From Mobula hypostoma (Eukaryota): 64,000 nucleotides of DNA. Of this stretch, positions 11,961 to 24,257 are shown one piece after another. The stretch's first letter is position 1. The number at the start of each line of letters is the position of its first letter. The stretch covers positions 133,922,001 through 133,986,000 of the forward strand of contig NC_086097.1 in NCBI RefSeq assembly GCF_963921235.1, in the 5' to 3' direction. Made by a program: the position numbers and the translations under genes. The notes beneath the pieces were generated by a model. The model was not told where the DNA came from and did not search any database. It saw only the letters and a list, made by a program, of their open reading frames with translations.

Positions 11961-14900
11961 GCCGAATAATGTGCCTTGGCCCAAATGCTGAATTTGCATT
12001 TTGAATTAGAATGTCCTTCTTAATGCTGCCGCAGAGGTTCTCTGAGGTGCTGTGGGCCTCTTTCCTACAGAAGAGAATATACGTATTTAAAGGGAAGTCC
12101 CTCTGCCTGCACAAAGATGGCCAGGTATCCTTCCAACTACGGCGTACTTCAGATCACAGGTTGTATCTCTCACTGGTGGAAACTTTGCACCTCGCACTCC
12201 TATTTTCTTTTCAAAAAACAGAACCATGGGCCGATCTTTTCACTCTCTATTCCAGGGCATTCTTTATCAGTATGTCACATGTGTAACTCAAATTTCCACG
12301 GCCTCTCCCTCTTTTCCATCTCTCTAATCTCTACTAAACCACCAAGTTTTCCATGCTATTCCACATCTGGCCATTTGTACGTTCCTGATTCCATGACTCC
12401 ACCAAAGGTGGACAAAAACTATCCAGGGTTTAAGGTTTGTAATTCTCATCCTTGATTATTCTTGCCCTGTGCTTTATCTTAATGCTTTAAAGTCGGCCTT
12501 TGTGGACAAGTTGTTTTTCGGTTGTTATCCTAATCTCTCCTTGGTATCAGATCTAGTCCATGAAATGCCTTGAGACGTTTGACAAAATACTGATGTTGTG
12601 GTTAGAAAGGACAAGATTTGTAAACCTTCCCAAAATTAGATGGTCAATGATTGAAGTTTTTGGTAGGTGCAGAAGATAGTGGAGAGATCATCTGTGTGGT
12701 ATTTCCATTAATATTACAGTAAATGAGGGCAAAACGCTCTGGGGTATTCAAGTGATTTGTATGTCTAGCTTGTTGGAAATTATTCTGGCTGCACTTTGCT
12801 TCACATCCATAAGACTGTCGAGTCCATGTCGAGTTCAGCTCTGACTGGCAACTCCTAGGCTGCCGCCGGTGCCAAACTGTATTGGTCTTTGCTGTTCCTT
12901 TGGTTTCATCAACTGAGTGAAGAGGGAGGGCCTGCTACATGGGCAACATCTTGCTCTCCATATCACCTGGCTTGCGTACTAGCTTTCATATCACATAGAC
13001 AGCTGGGATGCAAATCCATGGTCAACCCTGACCAACGGAAGGCCTGAAGGGATTCACATGTATCATGAAATTTCACATGGGCATACAAATTAGAAGCAGG
13101 AGTAGGCTATTTAGCCCCTCGAGCCTGGTTAGCAATTCTGTAAGATCATGGCTGATCTGATTGTAGCCTCTAGTCTGTGTTCTCTTACGATTGCCTCCCT
13201 CCCCTCAGGCAGAAAATACCACCAGGCTCACAGACAGCTTCAATACTGCTGTTATTAAATGGACCTCTTATATAATAAAAGTGGACTCTTGATCTCTCAA
13301 TCTACCCCATCACGGACCTTGCACTGTATTTGTCAACCTGTGCTGTACTTCCTTTGTAAGTATAATACTATACTTCACATTCTGTTTTTTCTTGTTAGCT
13401 ATATATGGAATGGTCTAAATGGCATGCAACCAAAAGCTTTTCATTGTATCTCAGTACATGTGATAATAAACAACCAGTTACTAATTACTATTCCCACTTA
13501 CCCACAATAACCAACCACACACTGCCCCCCCCACCACCCGCACCCCCTCACTTATCAAGGACCTGCCTATCTCCGACTGAAAAGTACTCAGTCTCTGCCC
13601 TCACCACCCTTTGAGGAGACGAGGCCCCAAGATTCACAACCTCTGAGAGAGAAAAATAATAAATTTACATAAACACACTCATTAATAATACCCTAGAACC
13701 AGTGCAATTAGGCAGTGAATTTAAATGTGATGACTTGATTTTTATCCTTTTCACTAAAAGACATTCCTACACGTAGAGAGCATTGACCCTGTTTTAGGTT
13801 TGTGAAAATAAGCTTATCCGCATTTTTTTAAATAAGAATATCTTGAACTCTACCAATGAGCAACATGACTGAAAACGGCATATAAAACATCACTGGAACC
13901 ATTGAACTTTTATAGTGTTCCCCAGTCGGATTCCAAACAGAGCAAACTAATGTTTACAGGAGGGGAGTTTAAAAAGCAGCACAGTATGGAACTCAAAGAA
14001 CTGCCGCTCTGCCTCCTCAAACCTATGCAACTGTTCACTTGGATTATAGCCAATTAGTACCTTGACTCCATTTGTCCCTCATGTTTTTTATGATCCTTAA
14101 TACCCCCTATGCCATCAGCGTCAGTTTTAAAATGGTCTGCTGACACTCAGCGTTAGCAGTCTGTGGGGAGAAGGTTCCAATTTCTACTGTTCTTTGTGTA
14201 AAAAAGCAGTCCTCAAAATCACCCCTAAAAGCCGGGGTCTACTTCTAAGAGTATCCCCCTTTGTTCTGGATTCCTCCATCACAGGAAATAATACCCTATC
14301 ACATCCTTTAATAATATTAAACGATGCTTCAGGTCAAAACCCATTGACCTCCTTCAACAGAACACAAAGCAGTGGAGGAACTCACTGTATCAGGCAGCAT
14401 CAATGGGGAGAAATGGACCGTTGGCATCTGTCAAGACCTTTCATCTGGACTCAGAGAAAGAAGGGGGGGGTAACCAATTTCTCCACCTTTGTACATTGGT
14501 TCTCTCCCCTCTTTCTTTCAGTCCATTTCCCTCACTGACGCTGCCTGACCCACTGATTACTTCCTGTGATTTATGTGTTACTCCACGTTCCAGCATCTGC
14601 AGTCTCTTGTGTCTCTATAGTCTTAAACATCTTCGTTCCATCAATTTATAATTAATTTGTAACATTTAAAATAATTTCTGCTGATAAATGGGACATCTCT
14701 CCCTTTTGACTTAGTAATATTAATGTAAAGAGCCATATTTGAGTGCCAAAGGACTATTACTGACAACATTCTTTCTCTTATGTTAAGCTGCATCATGTGC
14801 TTCAGAGAAATACAGCTCTGTGCTTACTGAGCCTTTTCAGATGATGCAGATTTTTACAGAATGTTGTGTTAATCTATGATACCAAGTCTGCAGCAACACT

Positions 14901-15382
14901 TTATTTTATCATTTAGACTGTAAAAAGAAAATTGATGTTTTTGATGGAATTTATAATCGCATGGAGATGGCAGCTGATTAAGGGGCGGGCAACTGGGGAA
15001 AATACTGCACTGAGACAAGAATGTGTGTTGATCAAGAAACAGCTGCCTTCTTGTTCATCACCAGGTTTGTTTATGACTTCTCCATGATGTGGGAGGAGGC
15101 GAAAGCTGCTTCTCTTCCATCTCAGCAAGTCGGCAGCACTCCAGATTCTGCGTCATGCAGTTGTGGGTTCAAGTTCCAGCCCAGAAGCAAGAGGCCAGAG
15201 ATCTGTACAGTGCCGACAGTATGTTGCATCACTGGAGGTACTGTTACTTGGATGTAATGTTGAACTCATTCCTGTCTGCCTTAAATCTATGTTATAGTTG
15301 CTACAAGGCAGAACAGAATCCTGGTTATCTTTCCATGTTTTGGTATTTTCAGTACAGATTATCGTTCCTTGCCAAACTATTT

Positions 15383-15949
15383 TACACTCAGCGGCCACTT
15401 TATTAGGTGCCCTCTGTATCTAGTAAAGTAGCCACTGAGTGTATGTTCATTGTATTTTGTTACTGTAGCCTATCCACTTGAAGATTGGACATGTTGTCCG
15501 TTCAGAGACCACACCACAGTGTAATGGGTTGTTACTTGAGTTACTGTCGCCCTCCTCCCCTCCTGTCAGATTGAACCACTCTGGCCTATCTCATTGACAA
15601 GGTATTTTTGCCCACAGAACTGCTGCTCACAGGATGTTTGTATTTTTGTTTTATTGTTTTCTGCACCATTCTTTGTAAACTCCAGAGACTTGTGTGTGTG
15701 AAAATCCCAGGAGATCAGCAGTTTCTGAGATACTCAAACCACCCCGTCTGGCACCGACAATCATTCCACGGTCAAAGTCACATAGATCACATTTCCTCCC
15801 CATTCTGATGTTTGGTCTCAAGAACAACTGAACCTTTTGACCGTGTCTGCCTGCTTTAATGCATTAAGTTGCTGCCACATGATTGGCTGATGAGATATTT
15901 GCATTAATGAGCAGGTGTACAGGTGTGCCTTATAGAGTGGCCACTGAGT
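15383..15949. mobile_element. Tc1/mariner-type non-autonomous element (MITE) with an internal extra TIR
   Basis: TA-CACTCAGCGGCCACTTTATTAGG at 15383; reverse-complement TIRs ending at 15441 (followed by TA) and at ~15949. Confidence 0.7.
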
Positions 15950-16378
15950 TGGGTTGTCATTCCATTCAAAAGTCAGTACCTTTAACCAGGCAGCACTCCC
16001 TCAGCCTAGATTACAGTGCTCACATGTGCAGAGTAGAAAACAAACCCTCGAGCTTCTGATTCAGAACAGACCATACCAAGTTGGCCAATGCCTGCAGCCT
16101 CCAATAATTACTTACAACCGGGTCAATCGTCCCAGGTCACACATATTCATTGAGGTGACGGTTTGAGACCATTTGTGTAAGCACAGGGCAGGCTGAAAAG
16201 CTGGATCCTTGGAATTCAACAGTCCTGCCTGAATCTGCCCTCACTTTCTCTGACATAAGGTCAACACTTACTTGAAAACAACAGCGATGCTCAGAGGACA
16301 GAACTGCACTTAATTAACTCCTGCAAAGAATCTATGGTTTACACTTATCACTGCATCAAGATAAAACACCACATAACA

Positions 16379-16487
16379 GACAACACACATAAAATGCTGG
16401 TGGAATGTAGCAGGCCAGGCAGCATCTATAGGAAAAGGTACAGTCGACGTTTCAGGCCTAGACCCCTTGTCAGGACTAACTGAAAGA
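16379..16487 (-). repeat. Penelope-derived terminal repeat with hammerhead motif (16478..16441; G8 mutated)
   Basis: Minus strand UAGUC-CUGACAA-GGGGUCUAGGCCU-GAAACGUC-GACUG. Confidence 0.75.
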
Positions 16488-16989
16488 TCACATAACAGAA
16501 GCAGCTTACTGAGTGTATATCCCATGCCGCATAGGAGAAGAAAGAAAATTTGCTCTTACGTTACCCTTCCCAATTATCACGGTCAAATGAGATTCTTTTG
16601 TAAAGCGTGATGTAGAAAATATGACAGCCATTTCTGCACAGCAAGCTCTCCTCTACAGATCAAACCATTGCGCATTAAATGCTACAGAACAGGAAAATGG
16701 AAGCTTCATGTCTACATGGATCGTGTAAGTTTTGGTGTCAGGTTTCTCTGAGTTACAGTATATTGGAGCACCTTGGGAGAAATGGCTGAACAGAGAGCTT
16801 TTCTGTTCAAAAGCAACTTATGTGTGCAATTCACAAAGTACTGGCAGAACTCAGCAAGTCAGACAGTATCTATGGAGGGGAACGGTCAGTTCATGTTTCG
16901 GGTCGAGACCCTTTGTCCTATCCTCTTCACGTGCCTTGCATGAACTGACAGGCAGATAAACTCCATCCCCAATTACTACACTGACAAAG

Positions 16990-17552
16990 ACGTTCCAAGT
17001 TGACTTTCTTTAATGTAGCAACTGGTGGTAGGGTAAAACTGACAGAAAGAAAAACATACAATCAAAAGGTGTCCAAATTCCCATTATGATTAAGTAAAAG
17101 GCAAGCATTAAGTATACCGCAAATGATACAAAATAATACACAAGATGCTGTATACAAATAAGTTCCAAATATATCATAAAGATAGGCTACTGGTAAGCAA
17201 GATGTTGCTGCATACAATGTATCTTATGCACATTTTCTCACTACAGGTTAGCCAGAACATATGGCCCGAGTGAATATTCCATCTGTATTTTATCTGCACA
17301 CAAACCATTCAAATATCTCTGATTTGTGGAAATATGCATATACATCAATAAATAATAAACCCAAAGATTACTTTTACGTACCGACGATGCTTTCAAAGAC
17401 CTGAACGTCAGGATGACGTCGGGTGAAAAGGCACAAGCTCTCTCTGAACTCTACATGGAGAACTGTCTCGATGCCTACTGATGATGTCATTAACTAGAGA
17501 CGCTGATCACATGACCTAAATGACTGCTATACAAAACTACCAGCAAAGGGTG
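16990..17552 (-). other. Candidate non-coding terminal (3'-UTR-like) exon
   Basis: Minus strand: T-rich acceptor TTATTTTATTTGTTATTTAG|C at 17553/17552, AT-rich repeat-free body with several TGTA motifs, ATTAAA at 17014..17009, then a GT-rich downstream tract. Confidence 0.35.
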
Positions 17553-17579
17553 CTAAATAACAAATAAAATAACTGACTT

Positions 17580-18040
17580 AAGGCAGCACACCCTTCATTT
17601 GGACTGAAAGGAAGAGGGGAAAAGCTGGCAGAAAAAGGTGTAGGGATAGAGTAGAGCAAGAGCTTCCAAATGACAGGAGGAACAAGGTGAGGGAGTGATA
17701 GACAGATGAGGAAGAATGGAGAGTGGGAATGATGTCAGAAGCTAGGAGGTGATAGCTGGATGGATATCAAAGGACTGAAGATGTTAGAATCTGATTAGAG
17801 AGGATGGTGAACATGGAATAAAGGGAAGGAAATGTGCAGTTGGAGAGGAAGGTTTTGAAGAGATATGGTTTTGGGGCCCAGTTGGATTAGGAAGAGAGAG
17901 AAAAGGAAAAAAAATGTTGGGAAAAGTAAACAGAGGAGGAATGGTTACTGGGAGTTTGGGAATTTGGTGTTCATGCCACCAAGTTGGAGACTAGATATGA
18001 GGTTCCATTAATTTGCATTTACCCTTGACCTGGAGGCAAT
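17580..18040 (-). mobile_element. Old Penelope-like 3' fragment
   Basis: Purine-rich plus-strand tract bounded by cccttcatttggactgaa and gttcatgccaccaagttggagac, corresponding to the LQPDGMN-coding end. Confidence 0.6.
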
Positions 18041-18829
18041 GTGTGCAATCCCCATAATTATTCACACTAACTAGAGACTCAGCTTCTGTGGACTAGGTCC
18101 CACTAACAGACGTGAATACACCTGCATGGTCTTAACTCAAGAAGATCCCAAACTTATTTTAGAGTCATAGATAGAGTTATGAACTCAAATAGCACAGAAA
18201 CATGTCTTTCAGCTCACTGAAGGTAAGGTCATGCTGACCATCACCACCCACATTAATCCGACACTAATCCCATTTATATTCCCTCCATTCTCATCAGCTC
18301 ACCCCAAATTCTACCACTCATCTACAAGCTGGGGACAATTTACAGCAGTCAACGCGCATGGCTGTAGGATGATGGAAGAAGCCACAACAAGGGCGGGGGG
18401 AGTCCCTTGTGGCTACAGGGGCAGCATACAAATTCCTCACAGACAGTGCTGAAGATCAGGACTGAACCAGAGTCACTGTGAGGCAGTGGTTCTACCTGCT
18501 GCCGCAGTGTGCGGCCCAAAGAATAAAAATACGTGGAGTAAAGAGATTCAGACTTTGGAGTCTGTCAAACACAGTTCAATGCTAAAAATAAACCATCATA
18601 GACATAATGCTTTGAATATTGAGATGGCGTCTTTAGGATATTGTTAAACCACTCCCCTGTTCAGATATTGGTCCAGCACAGTTGTCACCAGCAACTTGCT
18701 GGCAGGCAGCCCAGATATTTGTCGCAAACGTTCAGCTCAGGTCAAATTATACCATTGATCCAAACCCATCACCTCTTCTCTCCCTGACCCACTTTACAAC
18801 CCTCAAAGACCCTCTATGATAGACTTCCA

Positions 18830-19402
18830 CGTCCCATTCCCATTCTGTTATGTCTATCCACGGCCTCCTCTACTGTCAAGATGAAGCCACACTCAGGTTG
18901 GAGGAACACCACCTTATATTCCATCTGGGCAGCCTTCAACCTGATGGCATGAACATTGACTTCTCTAACTTCCGCTAATGCCCCACCTCCCCTTCGTACC
19001 ACATCCCTTATTTATTTATTTATTTATTTATTTTCTTTCCTTTTTTTTTTCCTCTCTTTTTTCTCCCTCTGTCCCTCTCACTGTAACTCCTTGCCCATCC
19101 TCTGGGTTCCCCCACTACCCCTTTCTTTCTCCCTAGGCCTCCCGTCCCATGATCCTCTCCCTTCTCCAGCCTTGTATCCCTTTTGCCAATCTACTTTCCA
19201 GCTCTTAGCTTCATCCCTCTCCCTCCTGTCTTCTCCTAACATTTTAAATCTCCCCCTCCCCCTCCCACTTTCAAATCTCTTACTATCTCTTCTTTCAGTT
19301 AGTCCTGACGAAGGGTCTCAGCCCAAAACATCGATTGTGCTTCTTCCTATAGATGTTGCCTGGCCTGCTGCGTTCACCAGCATTTTTTGTGTGTGTTGTT
19401 CA
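18830..19402 (+). mobile_element. Penelope-like element 3' end (GIY-YIG C-terminus, UTR, hammerhead remnant at 19300-19337)
   Basis: Translates to HGLLYCQDEATLRLEEHHLIFHLGSLQPDGMNIDFSNFR*; the UTR contains tagtc-ctgacga-agggtctcagccc-aaaacatc-gattg. Confidence 0.88.
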
Positions 19403-19682
19403 GATGGAAGTGACTGACCTCTGCAATTGGCAGCTATCCAGTTGTTGGGCTTTTTGTGACATGAATCCACCACTTGTTCAATGGCACCAACCAATCACCA
19501 TGCAGCAATTTCCAGCAAGGGCTAACTTACCCTCAAATGATATCCACCAAATAGACTTAATCATATGAATAGCATAAAGACCAGGTTGGGTCTGAAATCA
19601 CAGTTAGATTCTCCTCAATTTTGGGTAGTTCCTGTCACTTGTTCTTAAATTATCAATTAAGGGAGGGGGGAAAAAGAGGAGA

Positions 19683-20189
19683 GTGGTAGTGATAGGGGAC
19701 TCAATAGTTAGAGGTGCAGATAGGAGGTTCTGTCATCATGACAGAGAATCCAGGATGGTTTGTTGCCTCCCGGGTGCCAGGGTCAAGGATGTCTCTGATC
19801 GATTGCATGACATTCTGAAGTGGGAGGGTGATCAGCCAGATGTCGTAGTGCACATCGGTACCAATGACATAGCAAGGAAGAGTGAGGAGGTCCTGGAGAG
19901 TGAGTATAGAGAGCTTGGTAGGAAGTTGAAAAGCAGGACCTCGAGGGTGGTAATCTCAGGATTGCTACCTGTGCTACATGCCAGTGAGGGTAGGAATAGG
20001 ATGCTCTGGAGGATGAACAAGTGGCTGAGGAACTGGTGCAGGGAGCAGGGTTTCAGATTTCAGGATCATTGGGACCTCTTCTGGGGCAGGTGGGACCTGT
20101 ACAAGAGAGACGGGTTACACTTGAACCACAGGGGGACCAATATCCTTTCAGGGAGATTTGTTAATGCTATTGGGGAGGCTTTAAACTAG
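19683..20189 (+). pseudogene. CR1 ORF1 C-terminal SGNH/GDSL esterase domain (5'-truncated)
   Basis: Blocks VIGDSIVR, CLPGA, VVHIGTND and DGLHLN, i.e. the Ser, Gly, Asn and DxxH motifs of SGNH hydrolases. Confidence 0.9.
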
Positions 20190-20191
20190 AT

Positions 20192-23119
20192 TTGCAGGGG
20201 GATGGGAACCACAGTGCCAGAGCTGACAGTGTGGTTGGGGTGAAAATAAATGATGTTAAAAGTTCAAGCAAATCCGCTAATAGAAAGGTTGTGAGTGGTG
20301 GTAAAAATCTTCTGAGGTGTACATATTTCAATGCTAGGAGTATTGCGGGGAAGGCAGATGAGTTGAGGGTGTGGATTGACACGTGGAATCATGACGTTAT
20401 AGCAATTAGTGAAACTTGGCTACAGGAGGGGCAGGACTGGCAGCTTAATATTCCAGGGTTCCGATGTTTCAGATGTGATCGAGGCAGAGGAATGAAAGGT
20501 GGCGGAGTAGCATTGCTTGTTAGGGAAAATATTACAGCAGTGCTCAGGCAGGACAGATTAGAGGGCTTGTCTACTGAGTCTTTATGGGTGGTGCTGAGAA
20601 ACAGGAAAGATATGGCCACATTAGTGGGATTGTATTACAGACCACCCAATAGTCAATGAGAATTGGAAGAGCAAATCTGCAGAGAGATAGCAGGCAACTG
20701 CAGGAAACATTAAGTTGTGGTGGTAGGGGATTTTAATTTTCCATATATTGATTGGGTCTCCCATACTGTTAGGGGTCTAGATGGTTTAGAGTTTGTAAAA
20801 TGTGTTCAGGAAAGTTTTCTAAATCAATATATAGAGGGACCAACTAGAGGGGATGCAATATTGGATCTCCTGTTAGGAAACGAGTTAGGACAAGTGACAG
20901 AAGTCTGTGTAGGGGAGCACTTTGGTTCCAGTGATGATAACACCATTAGTTTCAACTTGATCATGGACAAGGATAGATCTGGTCCTAGGGTTGAGGTTCT
21001 TAACTGGAAGAAGGCCAAATTTGAGAAAATGAGAAAGGATCTAAAAAGTGTGGATTGGGACAGGTTGTTCTCTGGCAAGGATGTGATCGGTAAGTGGGAA
21101 ACCTTCAAAGGAGAAATTTTGAGAGTGCAGAATTTGTATGTTCCTGTCAGGATTAAAGGCAAAGTGAATAGGAATAAGGAACCTTGGTTCTCAAGGGATA
21201 TTGCAACTCTGGTAAAGAAAAAGAGGGAGTTGTATGACATGTATAGGAAGCAGGGAGTAAATAAGGTGCTTGAGGAGTATAAGAAGTGCAAGAAAATACT
21301 TAAGAAAGAAATCAGGAGGGCTAAAAGAAGACATGAGGTTGCCTTGGCAGTCAAAGTGAAGGATAATCCAAAGAGCTTTTACAGGTATATTAAGAGCAAA
21401 AAGATTGTAAGGGATAAAATTGGTCCTCTTGAAGATCAGAGTGGTCGGCTATGTGCGGAACCAAAGGAAATGGGGGAGATCTTAAATAGGTTTTTTGCAT
21501 CTGTATTTACTAAGGAAACTGGCATGAAGTCTATGGAATTAAGGGAAACAAGTAGTGAGATCATGGAAACTGTACAGATCAAAAAGGAGGAGGTCCTTGC
21601 TGTCTTGAGGAAAATTAAAGTGGATAAATCCCCGGGAAGTAACAGGGAGTTCCCTCGGACCTTGAAGGAGACTAGTGTTGAAATTGCAGGAGCCCTGGCA
21701 GAAATATTTAAAATGTCGCTGTCTACAGGTGTGGTTCCGGAGGATTGAAGAGTGGCTCATGTTGTTCTGTTGTTTAAAAAAGGATCGAAAAATAATCCGG
21801 GAAATAATAGGCCAGTAAATTTAACGTCAGTAGTAGGTAAGTTATTGGAGGGAGTACTAAGAGACAGAATCTACAAGCATTTGGATAGACAGGGACTTAT
21901 TAGGGAGAGTCAACATGGCTTTGTGCGTGGTAGGTCATGTTTGACCAATCTATTGGAGTTTTTCGAGGAGGTTACCAGGAAAGTGGATGAAGGGAAGGCA
22001 GTGGATATTGTCTACATGGACTTCAGTAAGGCTTTTGACAAGGCCCCACATGGGAGGTTAGTTAGGAAAATTCAGTCGCTAGGTATACATGGAGAGGTGG
22101 TAAATTGGATTAGACGTTGGCTCAATGGAAGAAGCCAAAGAGTGGTAGTAGAGAATTGCTTCTCCGAGTGGAGGCCTGTGACTAGTGGTATGCCACAGGG
22201 ATCAGTGCTGGGTCCATTGTTATTTATCATCTATATCAATGATCTGGATGATAATGTGGTAAATTGGATCAGCAAATTTGCTGATGATATAAAGACTGGA
22301 GGTGTAGTAGACAGTGAGGAAGGTTTTCAGAGCCTGCAGAGGGACTTGGACCAGCTGGAAAAATGGGCTGAAAAATGGCAGATGGAGTTTAATACAGACA
22401 AGTGTGAGGTATTGCATGTTGGAAGGACAAACCAAGGTAGAACATACAGGGTTAATGGTAAGGCACTGAGGAGTGCAGTGGAACAGAGGGATCTGGGAAT
22501 ACAGATACAAAATTCCCTAAAAGTGGCGTCACAGGTAGATAGGGTCATAAAGAGAGCTTTTGGTACATTGGCCTTTATTAATCAAAGTATTGAGTATAAG
22601 AGCTGAAATGTTATGATGAGGTTGTATAAGGCATTGGTGAGGCCGAATCTGGAGTATTGTGTTCAGTTTTGGTCACCAAATTACAGGAAGGATATAAATA
22701 AGGTTGAAAGAGTGCAGAGAAGGTTTACAAGGATGTTGCCGGGACTTGAGAAACTCAGTTACAGAGAAAGGTTGAATAGGTTAGGACTTTATTCCCTGGA
22801 GCGTAGAAGAATGAGGGGAGATTTGATAGAGGTATATAAAATTATGATGGGTATTGATAGAGTGAATGCAAGCAGGCTTTTTCCACTGAGGCAAGGGGAG
22901 AAAAAAACCAGAGGAGATGGGTTAAGGGTGAGGGGGGAAAAGTTTAAAGGGAACATTGGGGGGGGCTTCTTCACACAGAGAGTGGTGGGAGTATGGAATG
23001 AGCTGCCAGACGAGGTGGTAAATGTGGGTTCTTTTTTAACATTTAAGAATAAATTGGACAGATACATGGATGGGAGGTGTATGGAGGGATATGGTCCGTG
23101 TGCAGGTCAGTGGGACTAG
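20192..23119 (+). pseudogene. CR1 ORF2 (AP endonuclease + reverse transcriptase), single frame with four nonsense codons
   Basis: YFNARSI, ISETW, YYRPP, VVGDFN, LDLLL (APE); SQHGF, YMDFSKAFD, PQGSVLGP, KFADD (RT). ORF-track pieces starting at 20192, 20717, 21752 and 22613 share one frame; stops at 20657, 20711, 21746 and 22604. Confidence 0.95.
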
Positions 23120-23477
23120 GCAGAAAATGGTTCGGCACAGCCAAGAAAGGCCAAAAGGCCTGTTTCTGTGCTGTAGTTTCTATGGTTTCTATGGTTTCAT
23201 TAAAAATACCAGTCTGCATTCCTACAACACCTCCACTACAAGCATCTTAGATTGGGTTGGTTTATTATTGTTATACGTACCAAGAGCTAATGAAAATATT
23301 TTGTCTTGAATGACATCCAGGAAGATCATTCCGCACATTGAGGTAGCTCAATATTCAATGTTAAATGTAAATTTATTATCAAAGTACATGTATGTCATGA
23401 TATACAACCCTGAGATTTATTCTGTGGGCATTCACAGTAAATACAAGGAACAATTATAATAATAACAATAATAATAA

Positions 23478-24250
23478 GATCTGAGTAGATTGGATATCAA
23501 CAAAGAAGTGTTAAATGCCTGGCTCAGAGTTGGAGACCTCTTCCCAGAAACAGGACCAGGTGGTTAACACAAAAAATTATCAAGAATACACACTATACTA
23601 AAAGAACAATAAATTCAAGATGATAAATGCAAAAAAAGTGCCAAGAGAAACCAGAAACAATCGAACACTTTACAGAATCTTGCAGCAGTTTAACTCAGTC
23701 TGATTATTTACACAGGCACAATCAAGAGGCAAACATCATTCACCAAAACCTTGCTTTAAAATACAATCTTGTAAAAGACACCATGCCTTACTATAAATAT
23801 AACCCTGATCTAGTTTTAGAGTCAGAGCCCTACAAGTTATATTGTGACTGATCTATTATTACAGATAGGATAATCCATAGTAACTGTCCAGCTATATCAT
23901 TACAGGATAAATAAGCAAAAACAACTTACTTACTAGATATAGCCATTCCAAATACACGTAACATACTGAAATCAAGAGGTGAAAAAGACCAGAAATATGC
24001 TGAATTAAAAAAGGAAATTGAAAGACTATGGATCATGAACTTGATAGACATTGGCCCAACAGTAATATCTGCAACAGGTCTCATCCCAAAGTCACTACAC
24101 AATAGTCTACACAGCAGTATTTACGTAAATTTCCAGAAAGACGCCATATTAAACGCCACTAGAATAGTCCGAAGGTTCCTAGCTATTGAGAAATGTGTGT
24201 GCTTGACTATGCCTGTATGTCAGGTTTCAGCAGCTTGAGCTGAGAAAAAG
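23478..24250 (+). mobile_element. R4/Dong-clade non-LTR retrotransposon 3' fragment (CCHC knuckle + restriction-like endonuclease)
   Basis: Degenerate translation ...DKC../CQEKPETIEHFTESC..YLHRHNQ..IIHQNLA..PYYKYNPDLVLE..SIITDR..NCPAI(=NRPDI)..LLDIAIP..EKDQKYAEL..ISATGLIPKSL; preceded by a (TAA)n tract at 23455-23477. Confidence 0.82.
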
Positions 24251-24257
24251 GATATAT

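Larger units (their letters stand above)
19661..23198 (+). mobile_element. Near-full-length 5'-truncated CR1 LINE (esterase ORF1 + APE-RT ORF2)
   Basis: Both ORFs recognisable; 3' tail (TTTCTATGG)n; candidate TSD ATTAA at 19656-19660 and 23199-23203. Confidence 0.95.
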
